Below the pieces are notes generated by a model. The model made no database searches. It was not told where the DNA came from and saw only the letters and a list, made by a program, of their open reading frames with translations. This document shows, piece by piece, positions 21,976 to 33,401 of a stretch of 64,000 bases of DNA. A program made the position numbers and the translations under genes. The stretch comes from Schmidtea polychroa. Its lineage: Eukaryota. Position 1 is the first letter of the stretch. Every line of letters begins with the position of its first letter. Location of the stretch: the NCBI GenBank assembly GCA_044892525.1, contig CM097885.1, positions 200,136,001 to 200,200,000 of the forward strand, read 5' to 3'.

Positions 21976-24464
21976 TTAAACTGCTTCCTGCGTGATTTCA
22001 TTGAAGCAAATCGATTCAAAGTCAATTTGAAAAGATTCTTTATTTTCTTCTGATATTTGTGATGGATCAAGACAGGAGTATAAAGCAACAGTGTTATGAA
22101 AATCATTAAAACGTTCATCTAGTTGTGTTACAAGTGTATCCAAGACAGTGAAATACGTTTCACATTTGAAGCGTGTAGTTGGATCATCAACCCTTTCATC
22201 TCTGTTAAGTTCACCTGCCATGCGTTTCCTTTTTGCAACTCGCTTTTCTTTAAATTCTGTTTCAACATCTAGTAAGGAACAATTTTGATTAATAAATGAT
22301 TTTACAGCAACATTTAGACTTTCAAAAGCTTTATCACTTCAAATTTCAGCAAACCTATTTCTGGCAACATAAATTAATTGTTTTGCAAACGCAATATCAA
22401 TGTCCTTTCGTTGCAAATAGTTTGATAACACAAAGATATTATCTAACAGGTTTTGTAGAAATAGCATCAGAAAAACAAAAGAATATTATGTTATCAAAAT
22501 AGATCGTCCCATATCTTCTGCTCTGACACTTCCTTTGTGTTCTTTTGATTCCCCAAAATTTATATCTTCTAGAGTAGATATAATAGCGGAGAATGATCCA
22601 ACAACTGCAATTTGGTGAAAGTGTCTTTATCTTAGTTTGAAGACCATTTTTAATCCCAGGCATCACAGAGGCACCATCATATGCCTGTCCTCTACAAAGT
22701 GTAATGTGAATGTTTCGCTTTTGTAACTCCGTTAATAGTATATCAGAAAATGCTGCAGCATTACTGTTTTCCAACGTGTAGAAGCCTATAAATCGTTCAA
22801 CAACTTGTCCTGATTTTAACACTAATCTTAAAGAAACTGACATCTGATCAACTCTGGATATATGAATTGTTGTGCAATAAGAGAAAAGAATTGTGCAGAC
22901 CTAACTTCATTATCAATATTTGCGGATAATTCTGAGGCAAGTGATTGAATTAGGTCATTTTGTACATCATGACATAAATAAAGTTCATTTTTCTTTTCAA
23001 GCTTTAGATGATTGTCCAAAGTGGAATCATATTTAGCTAATAAAAATAGCAATTCACGAAAATTTCCAGTATTACTACACCTGTCAGAGCCAGAATGTTC
23101 TCTGTGTCCTCTAAATGGCAAACCTTGTTTTGCTAAAAACAACGTTGCATCTACCATTCGTTTCAAAACTTCTCTATTTTTTCCACTTGATAACGCTCCT
23201 GACTGATCAAGCCAGATATCACAGTTTTATCATTTGAAATGCGATATTTAGCCAGCAAATATTGACATATTGCACTTTGATGTTGATTGGAAGTTTCATG
23301 TTTAACGATTTTTTCTATGCCTTTTTTTCCAGTTATAAACTCCAAAATTTGGGTCGGACCATTCCTTGCTATAATTTTCAGTTTTACAATCAGCGAATAA
23401 CCAGCAAGCTTGGAAATGCATATTTTGATTTGTTGGTGAATAGACAAGCCAATTTCTTTCCTCCTTCATACTACCTTTTCCAAAAAATTTGTGTACCAAG
23501 AAATTTGAAACTTGCGCCCCAATTCATCTGTCGGAAATTGAAATGGTTCATTGAGTCCAGGTTGACATGGTCCGATTTCAAACAATTTTCGTATCAGTTT
23601 CGAGCTTATGCTTGTATTAATGTAGAGTCCTGGATCTGTAGGAAAGTCGGATTGAGGAAGAAGTGGTTCTTGTAAAATATCTGAAGCAAGCTGTTTTTCC
23701 ACTGTATCAAATTCTGAATCACCCTGATTATGTTTCAAGCCCTGCGCAGGTAATGTTACCGTCTCAGTATTCTCTGCACATGAATGTATAGCTGGGTGTT
23801 GTTCATCAACTACAGATAGCTCATCTTCAACAAGAACTTCAGATGATGTTTCTGTCTCAACAGGCTCAGCACAGGAACTCGAATGCGTAGATGGGTGTTG
23901 ATCATCAAATACATGCTCATTTTTAGCAGAAACTTCAGTTGATTGAACTACTGGCAGTTTAGACTGTTTAGTTATAAATGATGTTAACTTAATATATTTG
24001 CTAGCATCTGCCTTGAGACTGGCTTCCTTTGCGAATTTACGCCTAGATGATCCACTTAATTTGGTAATTGCTTTGCTTTTATTAGTATCACCAGCTGACT
24101 CAGCCATGGCTATAATTTAAATTTTATTTTAATTCAATATTGAATATTATTTTAATATTTCAATAGTAACGCAATAATTTGTTTGTCAAAAAAGTCCAAA
24201 TTGACAATAATTATTATGGTTAGATTTATGTACAAACACTATACAAGCTTAAAAGCTTCAAACAGTCGCTCTTCACTGGAGCTATGTAATATTATTAATA
24301 TGATGCAGCATAACAGCTGGAGTTGCTTAAATCCAGTTGAACTTTGTACACAGACAAAACTATAATAAGAGAAAAAATTCATAAAATTATCTTTGGGGGG
24401 CGCCAATTAGGATTCAACAGGGGCGAGTCGCCCCCCCCCACGCCTATAGCTAAATACGCTACTG
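21976..24464 (-). mobile_element. hAT transposon with frameshifted ZMYM1-like transposase (TTF zinc finger + DUF4371), 3'-truncated
   Basis: 5' TIR CAGTAGCGTATTTAGC at 24464. Fragments CQPGLNEPFQFP, WLVYSP...CWLF, LFLAKQGLPFRGHRE, GNFRELL, CRGQAYDGASVM. The other TIR was not found. Confidence 0.88.
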
Positions 24465-24523
24465 GTTGTGTGTGACCTACTTATTTATGGTGGGTTACAG
24501 GTAAGCATACATTTGACTTCTTC

Positions 24524-24720
24524 GTGCTGTTTCCAGCGTAACCCAGAATACAAACAACATTTCTCCGCTTGATACCCGTTGAGTAGCCAACGTCGTTGAT
24601 GTATCAAGGGGGTGAGTACTCGCGAAAAGTGAGCGCATTATTTGCACTGTAATTGTTGGGCACTCCTTGGGTTCACGGACTGCCAATAAAAGGCTTATGT
24701 CCAATTTCGCCTGGTCCCTT
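24524..24720 (-). repeat. Unclassified ~200-bp dispersed repeat with conserved stem-loops; second copy 56941-57138, short inverted partial copy ~55990-56015
   Basis: Long shared words GCGTAACCCAGAATACA, CCGCTTGATACCCGTT, GTATCAAGGG, GGGTTCACGGACTGCC, CTGGTCCCTT. Confidence 0.8.
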
Positions 24721-25449
24721 TTCTAGATTGTTTTCTCAAGGTCATTAATTTCCCATTCGTCATACTCACCAGTTGGTCCAATTTTAACAATAAACCTTTG
24801 CCCACAAATTTATTTCACACAAAAATTTATTTACAACTCCAGTTGTGTTCAACAAAACATCCGGCCAACTCCCCTTTACTGGGCTTGGTTGTCCGGAAAT
24901 TTTCTGAAACAGCACATAACAGAAGCATAATTATGTTGGATGACAGAGGCCGAGCGATAAGGGAGTTCGAGCTCACGAAATATTATAGAGTAGGCCCAAA
25001 TAAATACAGGGTAAATGTTTATATAGAGCCCTCATAACATCATATCTCTCAATCCAACCCAATTCAGCCCAGAGAGTTTCGTAATTCAACTCAATCCAGT
25101 AGTGACTATATTGTAAATATAACTGTTTAATTTTTGTGATTAAGTTTGATTTATAATTTGACTTATTAATGTAATTATCATTGACATTTCATTTGATCCT
25201 TGTGGCTTATTTATTTTTATTTTTGACTGGTTTATGATTTCCGATTATGAAATTTATTGGGGATTTATTTATTATTGCTAACTATGTTTTATTCGTATTG
25301 TGTTGTAAGTAATTGGTCTTTTATTTGTTTATGATCTATTTATCATTTATTTTCGTGTTTTCACATAAAATGTTAATTATATAATTAGGTGATGGGATTA
25401 ATAAAATTTTAATTATTAACATTTATTAATTAAGTAAATTTTAATTTAA

Positions 25450-25589
25450 CCTTTAGACCACTGAAATAGAAATACGAGGATCTGAAGTTCTCAACCAAAC
25501 TTACCGTTACAAGCAAACAATGTGTTTGATTCTGTTCAAACCTGCAAGTTGTGGTAGCGGGTTTTACAGACGAAAAACGGTCTTAAAGG
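25450..25589. mobile_element. Possible piggyBac-type MITE (140 bp)
   Basis: TTAA-CCTTTAGACC ... GGTCTTAAAGG-TTGA: imperfect TIR and one mutated TTAA. Confidence 0.35.
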
Positions 25590-27437
25590 TTGAATGCAAA
25601 AATGTTTTGATTTGAATTGAATGGGATATTTTTGATGATCGTCTGTAAACGGTTTTAGTTATTAAAGGATTAATATAAAACAGCTGTAGAAATTAAATAG
25701 AGAAATAAAACAGTTAGAATTGACATTTTCAGCTGTAACATTTTCGAAATAAAATATTTCTTTTGATTTATAAGTATTCTTGAAAAAAATCTTAATAAGT
25801 AACATGTGGAAATAAAATAATTCTTGATATGATTCTTTAAGACTTGAAAATAATAAATTATTTTTTACAATAACAGCTGTCCAACAAATTTGTATAAATC
25901 GCCCAAAACTAAAACCAATTTTTACATAATCTAAAAAGGTAAATCCTTATTAGATTTAAACTCAGGCGGAGACGACAGAAAAGTCTAAAATCGCACGCAA
26001 CATAGCACGGAAAAACAAAACAGTCACACAATTACATATTTGTACGCATTATCTAGCGAATCGAAATCTGAAATCGAGAGAAATTGTACATTCAATTTGT
26101 AAATTTTTTATTATAAATAAACATTTTAAAACAGCTTTTGTCTTTGTTATTTTCTTATATATAAGAACCAGTAAGGTTGGGGTTTTCGAATAACGAGACC
26201 TCAACAATTTCATTCCTTCCCCCCCCGTTTGTCGCCGCAATCACTTTACCCTTTTGACCACTTCGACCATTCGCCGGGGCTTTGGTTCTCCCAAGCCCCA
26301 GTACTCAATCCTACTTTTTATCTAGCCCCTTGCGAGAGGAAAATTTTATTGACCTGTTGACGAGAAATCTTGCACTTATCCCAGTTACCACTTATGAAAG
26401 ATGCTTAAATTGGTATAGTTCTCGTCAAAAAAAATCTGTCCTCCTTCTTATAAAATGTAGTCTATTATTACTATTATTCAATTCATTTGATATTAGTAGG
26501 TTTTAACTAAAATTACTTTGATTGAAGTTATTCTTATTATTTGTATTCGAATAAATTCACTTTTTATTGTATTTGTTCTCATTATATGAATAATCTACTA
26601 TTAGAAGTTTTATTTTTTCGTCGGGTATAACATCAAATTTCCTTTTTATTGATTAAAAAAGGGGTTGCGGTTGCTATAAATAGAATGGCTCAAATTTTGG
26701 TAATGTCATTGGAGGAATGTGAAGTTAGGACTAAATTTAGATTTAGGGGGAATCTCTAATCGATAATTTTAATATTATATTATGTATAAGTAAATTACCC
26801 AATTAATTAATAATAGAGTAAACCGTATTAATGGTATACATTAGCTGATTAGTAGTGTTAACACAATACCGATTATTGTATAACTTGGGGGTAATTTATG
26901 AAATTTATATATTTTGATCTTTTAGGTTTAATTTATCTTTATATGTTCTATATTGATGTTGATACTACTATCTTGACTATTATTCAACCTGGGGGGGGGG
27001 GTTCTTAAAGAAATTATATTTTTATAAATTAGATATCTGTATATCTGTATATAGGCAAAAAGTAATTCATTACTGTAAATATTATTTTCAACCAGGGTAC
27101 AGCTTTGAGGGTGGTTATTTATGAAAAATATAAATTATGTTTTTATAGATATGTATATGAACAAGCTGAACTATTACCTAGACATTGTTTTCGATGAAGG
27201 TATAGCCCAAGGGAGTATTTATAAATTCATTATAAAATATACTTTTATAAATTTCCATATACAAATATATGAGTTACAAGTTACCTGCTGTCGGCTAACG
27301 TATAGTTTAAAGGGGTTATTTCCGAAAAATATAAATTATGTTTTGTGAGTTTAACACAAGGGTATAACTCTTAATTCAGTACCTTCAACATTAGGTCTGT
27401 TCATTATATAACCTAAGAAAGTTTATAAGTTTAATAG

Positions 27438-27440
<3 letters not shown>

Positions 27441-27525
<85 letters not shown>

Positions 27526-27534
27526 CTGTATATA
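27441..27534. repeat. (TA)n microsatellite next to assembly gap
   Basis: About 40 TA units, one interruption (GCTG). Confidence 0.95.
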
Positions 27535-27694
27535 NNNNNNNNNNNNNNNNNNNNNNNNNNNNNNNNNNNNNNNNNNNNNNNNNNNNNNNNNNNNNNNNNN
27601 NNNNNNNNNNNNNNNNNNNNNNNNNNNNNNNNNNNNNNNNNNNNNNNNNNNNNNNNNNNNNNNNNNNNNNNNNNNNNNNNNNNNNNNNNNNNNN
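27535..27694. other. Assembly gap (N run)
   Basis: Run of N. Confidence 0.99.
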
Positions 27695-29713
27695 TTGTTC
27701 AACTCGAGGGTGGCATTAATTAAAAAAAAGATTTTTTTCTTAAAAAATTAAAATGCATACTTAAGGGAATCTAGTATATATAATTTATATTAATAATCAT
27801 AAGATTTTTTCTTATTGCTACACAACATAGGGGTGGAAACAGATGTACTTGAAAGTCTATATTTTCGTTGGTTGGTGCAAATTTTCTTTTTGAATTATTT
27901 TTTATTACATTTGGCTCCATGATGGATCTGGGCGTTTCCAGATATTTATTTTTTATAAATTTTATTGGGTCGTTTGGCGGCCATGATGGTTTTCGCCATT
28001 TTTTATGGGTTGGTCCGGGTTTTGTTAAAAATTTTGATATAATTTTTTTTATGTCAGATTTTTATGAAGTTTTTCTTTAATTTTCTTTTTAATTCTTACA
28101 AATCGACTTTATTCGAATTTGGTTTTTGTTGTTTTATGTCTTTCTGTTATATTTGAGTAAGTTTTCGTGTGATGCTTCTTGCTCGTGTTTTATTTTACTT
28201 TAAATTCAGATGTTTTATTTTTGGGTATATTATCTCTCTATTATCATTGTTTACTTGGTGTTTTTATATCTTTTATATAAGTAAACTTAATGCTGGGTAT
28301 GCGTGTGTGTAATGACACATTTCGTCCCCTTTATAACTTTGGGTTTGGAAATCAGTTCTAGCCCAACATTTATTAAATCTATATGTGTGTGATCTCCAAC
28401 ATAATTTTTCAGTTGATCTACTTAAAAAAATAAGCAAAATATTTTAGCTTAATCTTTTTTACTCAGATGGAGAGGCGGTACTGTCCTGGAGAGGACAAAT
28501 CCTTCTACTCACAAACTCTTTTTAAATGTAGTCATTAAATAAAAGAGGAAAAAGCTCTTTCTGAATATTTTTGACTAAGTTTGAACCAAGCATAATTTCA
28601 TTTCTAAAAAAAGGCTCCAGACACAGCCGACATTTTAGATAAAAATGATGAAGAACTTATAAGTCCTCGTGAAAATTCTTCTTGATATGCCGAAATTTAT
28701 GTACGTAAAGAAAAATGGTGCATCAAATTGTATTCAAATTGAAACCTTTAAATATAAGGTAGATGCTCCAATATAATCCATCATATTAGCCAGAAATGAC
28801 AAACATTTTGCTTTAACATTAAAAGAATAATCTCAAACTACATTTATATATGAAAGTTATCTTTTTTGTATCAATAGAATTGAAATTCATAATAAAAATA
28901 TTTATATTTAAATAAACGTACCTAGGCGTTCTATTCGACAAAAACCCATAGTTTTTAAAACCAAGAAAAATTTCCCAATATACAATGACAAAGCATGCAT
29001 ATATACCCAGGCCAACAACTACAACATTACCGAAAATAAACATATATGCCTTGAGATTCAGTAAATGAATTTTTAATGAAATGTAATTATGGAAATATTT
29101 TCATTGAACTAGCGCATATTTAATCTTTTTTGTGGAGAAAATGTCTCACCAGCTTACGATTATATTTATATGGAATATCTCTGAATAATAACAATCAGAA
29201 TACAAGAAATGCTTATCCTGCACTCAACAACAGAATCTAATTTTGTATAAGTACGATATTGCAAAACGTTTAGAGTATATAATATTGTGCAAACAAGAAA
29301 TTTAGGAATAAATGTAAGAGGCAGATCCTTTTACTACATATATCCCAATAAGTATGCATCATCCTGAAGCCCCTGGATGATAGGATGTAATGGTTTAAAA
29401 CACAAAATTGGTGAATTGAAAGTTTAGTGTAAAATGGTGCCCAAATATTATCTTAAATATATCAGAAATCCAAAAAACAACTAAAATTACATTTGGTTAA
29501 TTATTAATACTTTCAATAAAAATTCATTTGTAATTAACAGATTTTAATTTGAAAAGAATTTAATCACTGAAAATGATTTTTTTTGAAATAGTGAAATTAT
29601 GACTTCGTCATTACTGATTAAGTAAAACAATTTTAGGTTATATAAAAAAAATACAAATTATAAGAGCATAATTTTATAAAAATTTATTTAGAAAATCCAA
29701 CTCATACATCAAA

Positions 29714-31012
29714 TTATAACATTGAACTTTGCATTTTTTCACAATATATATCTTCGTTAAATCTCGGAAGGGTTTCGGTAGAATCGACATCTTTTCTGTT
29801 AGGATAGGCTTTGGACATATTCATCGACATGTAATTATTTCTATAAATTAACCACAATTTATTAATCAACTTGTGAGTGAAATATGGACCCATATTGCAT
29901 TGGAACATTCGGAGCATAAATACACCATTGTGTCTCAGAAAATCCGTAACAAAGGAATGCATAAGATGTTTTTCATTTTTCGAATAGTTATTACCGTCGA
30001 CTAGAATCTTTTTGATGAATTTAACTCGTGAATAGAACAAACATCTGTAAAGCCACAATATCAAACTACCAAAAACTATGACTGTTAAAATCAATAACCA
30101 ACAGTACAAGGCCAGATAAACTTTTTCTGCCAACATGTTAACAGATAGAATACATTGAGTGACATATGAATTATGCTTGAATCCTGGATGTTTCATATTT
30201 CCTAAATGACAAAAGGAAACTTTTGGAAACATTGTAGTATTGTGTAAAGTGTTTCCTTCAATAATTTCATTATACAAATCTCCAACAAAAGCTGACGGAG
30301 TTTTAGTTAATCCAAAAAATGATTGGATGATAAAGATTTGAAGGAAAATTACGCCCATGTACAAAATTTTCACGAATAAATATGACGATACCAAATGAGT
30401 ACCCTGACGTTTGCTCGGAATTAACAAACCAAACCAAGAAGAAATACCTCGTTTAATAAATGAAAATCGGCTTGTTCTATTATCTCTGTGACTATAGATA
30501 ACTTGTTCCATGTGTTCTGCGATTTTCCTAACAGATTCAGTTGATTCGTCATCAAGTTTATTTTGACAGTCCTTGGCTTGTTTCAATAAGGTTGTGAAGT
30601 TACAACTAGAGCGATTTAGATAGGTATATTTCCAAATGATATATGGAATAAGAAGCATTATGCATTGAATTGCCAAACAAAATGGAATCCATTGATAATA
30701 ATAAATATAACCGTCCTTTTTCGCTTCATCCCATTCCTTTAAATTATTCGGAATACTATTTTGTTTTGGTAGAATTATTGTACCTTCAGTCCAACAATAA
30801 TTGTTGACATATTTGTCGAATCCGGACCCCGCTTGAGCATTTGCAATAAAACAAGACAGAGCGTCATTGAAATAAGCGGCACAAGTGACAATAATTGATC
30901 CGAGGAAAAACAAAAATGGAGTAACCTTGAATGTCAACTTGTCGATTCCATCGTCGAGTCCCAAATGATCACTAAACGATTTTATAAATGCTAGTATGTT
31001 GCCTTCAATCAT
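29714..31012 (-). CDS. inx: Innexin (gap-junction / hemichannel protein), single exon, 432 aa
   Basis: DDGIDKL.F..T, EL1 cysteines (LSCF, VNNYCW), YYYQWIPFCLAIQ..MLLIP..IW signature, FPKVSFC and QCILSVNMLAEKVY in EL2, four hydrophobic segments. Confidence 0.96.
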   Translation of the reverse strand: MIEGNILAFIKSFSDHLGLDDGIDKLTFKVTPFLFFLGSIIVTCAAYFNDALSCFIANAQAGSGFDKYVNNYCWTEGTIILPKQNSIPNNLKEWDEAKKDGYIYYYQWIPFCLAIQCIMLLIPYIIWKYTYLNRSSCNFTTLLKQAKDCQNKLDDESTESVRKIAEHMEQVIYSHRDNRTSRFSFIKRGISSWFGLLIPSKRQGTHLVSSYLFVKILYMGVIFLQIFIIQSFFGLTKTPSAFVGDLYNEIIEGNTLHNTTMFPKVSFCHLGNMKHPGFKHNSYVTQCILSVNMLAEKVYLALYCWLLILTVIVFGSLILWLYRCLFYSRVKFIKKILVDGNNYSKNEKHLMHSFVTDFLRHNGVFMLRMFQCNMGPYFTHKLINKLWLIYRNNYMSMNMSKAYPNRKDVDSTETLPRFNEDIYCEKMQSSML

Positions 31013-31871
31013 TTTACACGAAAAATATGTGGTTTATCAAAAAAAGTCAATTATTTAAACAAAGTTTGGTTGATTTGAATAACAAATTGTCGATCCCGTT
31101 TACTACACGAAAGCGCAATTTAAAAAATTCTAATAATGTACGTTTGTCAGTCAAAAATGACATTAAAATCTACACATGAGCACGACGGTTCACAAAATTT
31201 CTATTAAAACTACTCACAGTTGGGACATTAAATAAGGACATTGATATATAATTAACTCCACATTTTCAATTTTAAATTAAAATTATTAAAATTTTGAAAA
31301 ATATTTTTAATCTACAATTACTCCACGTAGACAAAGTCAATGCAATATGTATTAATTTTAATGTTTTGTCAAATTTTTATTTTTTAAATGGAATTTTGAC
31401 GAAAAAGTGAAGAAATATTGAACAATTATTAAATGAGATTAGGAGTAATTAAACAATATTTAATACTTCTGTTATAAACAATTGCTCTGTCAACGTATTA
31501 AATTAAATATCTTATTATTTTGAATAATTCCATCATAAATTCTAAAATAAATTTTAAAAAATTACTTAATAAATTAAAAAAAACATGAAAATTAATCATG
31601 AAATTATATAAAATGCAAAAAAAAATTATATAAAATAACTTAACCTAAGCCTTAGGTCAATTGACTTGCCCATAATGGAGATGAGAATTATAATATTTTT
31701 TACCCTGGCTATGACAAGGTTATTAACAAAGATTTGGAGATAGTAATCTTGGATTCTTCAATCAAAACAATGTTTATAATTTTGCATCTGAAGAAGTGAC
31801 TCATTGGCCCATCCACAGGGGCAAGGGGACTGCAGTTTTCCCATAGGAATAACATTAGAAAATGTTCTAAA

Positions 31872-32257
31872 CAGTGCTCGAAGAGAGGCGGGATAGCCGG
31901 GATATTATCCCGGCATTGATTATGTAGGCGGAATTGCATCCCGGCACTTCATTTCATATAATCTATAGGTTTATCCCGGCACTTATTTCATTTTATAGGC
32001 ACACAAATACTGCAATTAAGGTCACACATAGTACATCCATATATGTATGTATATATATATATATATATATTCTTTATTCTCTATTCTCTATTCAATTAAG
32101 AATTTCCCAAGCAGCAGTAATGGATAGGTAGGTATTTGTTGGACACCCCCCAAAGTTTTGCAACACCCCCAACTGAAAATTTCTGCATAAAAGCCTGGAA
32201 TCCCGGGTGCCACAGCATGCCTATCCCGGCACATATTTTGTTCCACTTCGAGCACTG
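31872..32257. mobile_element. hAT-type MITE (386 bp)
   Basis: 12-bp TIR CAGTGCTCGAAG/CTTCGAGCACTG; exact 8-bp TSD GTTCTAAA; internal repeated ATCCCGGCA motifs; no transposase. Confidence 0.92.
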
Positions 32258-32654
32258 GTTCTAAAAACCTTTTGCTAATTAAAATTTATTTTTTCACTTA
32301 TCAGGATTGATAAAAAATTTGACTTAATGGAAGATTTTCGTCATTTGTGTGAATTTTATGCTCAAAATTCATCTTCTATAAATCCGATAAATTTAAAAGT
32401 CAAAGTCAATTTGTAGAATAAAGTTTTGAAAAGTTTTTGCAATAGAATTTTGAAAAAAGAAAACTGAATTTTATTATTTACAATAACCTAAGAAATGATA
32501 ATTAATTTGTAAAAAAAAATCAGTTTTATTCAACTGGCACTCCCCACCATCCTTGAAGACTAAATTCTCAGAGCGCCACTAACAATTTATATATATTTTA
32601 TTTTAGTTCTTGGATGAAATTAGTGATGTAATTTAATTGATTAAAAATAATTAA

Positions 32655-33401
32655 TTGAAATTACAAAATAATTTCTATCATGCGGAGAATATCCAGCATA
32701 TCAAAACCAATTATAAAATGCAACCTCTATTTTCCATAATTATATTTAACAACATAAATAACAATGTTGGAACAAATGATTTCGATATCATAACGGCAGG
32801 ACCTCTATTGTTTCCAAAGCAATCTCCTTTTCAAATTGAGGTCACTTCTTCAAAAAGGACAAGTAGACATTCCCATTCGGGTTTCAGATCATCGGTTAGA
32901 TTTAAAAATCATAAAAGGTCATCTCAAGCCAGACAGATTGAAGGAGCTGTTCATCCATTCAGGTCCAGTCTGTCTTTAGGAAATAACTTAACCCATGAAG
33001 GGAGAAACTCGAAAGTATGCGAACTTTGTTGCAGAGTAATTGGAAATAAAATGGATTCGAAAATGTCTAATACAAGTTTTGAAAATGTAACTCGTCTACA
33101 TCCAAGTCCTAACACCAATAAATTAGAAAGTTATTGCCGATGCGATGATAACGCCAAAACGCATTGGAGTAGAAAGAGTATTGACTTTCTGTATCATTTT
33201 TCTGCAGACAATGAAACTCCGAAATCACTTAAAATTTTTGAGTATGATATGAGAAAATTTACATCAATATATAGCTCGAACGATCCCGTGGAAGATCTGA
33301 AAAAACAAAAGAAAATTAAAAATAGGAAAAAAAATAAAAGTGTGTCGCATGACCATGACCCTATGACGTTTCTGAGTTCGTTTGTGATAAAAGAAATTTA
33401 A
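32655..33401 (+). CDS. Hypothetical basic Ser-rich protein (true start possibly a downstream ATG)
   Basis: 248 open codons in very AT-rich DNA; basic C-terminal stretch KKQKKIKNRKKNK; no recognised domain. Confidence 0.45.
   Translation: MKLQNNFYHAENIQHIKTNYKMQPLFSIIIFNNINNNVGTNDFDIITAGPLLFPKQSPFQIEVTSSKRTSRHSHSGFRSSVRFKNHKRSSQARQIEGAVHPFRSSLSLGNNLTHEGRNSKVCELCCRVIGNKMDSKMSNTSFENVTRLHPSPNTNKLESYCRCDDNAKTHWSRKSIDFLYHFSADNETPKSLKIFEYDMRKFTSIYSSNDPVEDLKKQKKIKNRKKNKSVSHDHDPMTFLSSFVIKEI

Larger units (their letters stand above)
26700..27873 (+). repeat. Repeat family with G-run minisatellite units and conserved 139-bp end block (copy A, spans a gap)
   Basis: 27735-27873 aligns co-linearly with 60314-60452; preceded by similar ~110-bp units with G runs. 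Confidence 0.65.

Noticed and set aside
25056-25067. AACCCAATTCAG resembling RNase P RNA CR-V
   Set aside because: No CR-I (GGAAGGTCTGAG-like) partner upstream; motif lies in a C/A-rich tract like the one at 2697-2740.
27391-27702. ORFs spanning N runs (also 41725, 47697, 58647)
   Set aside because: Artefacts of translating gaps and microsatellites; only the adducin part of 47663-48925 is real.
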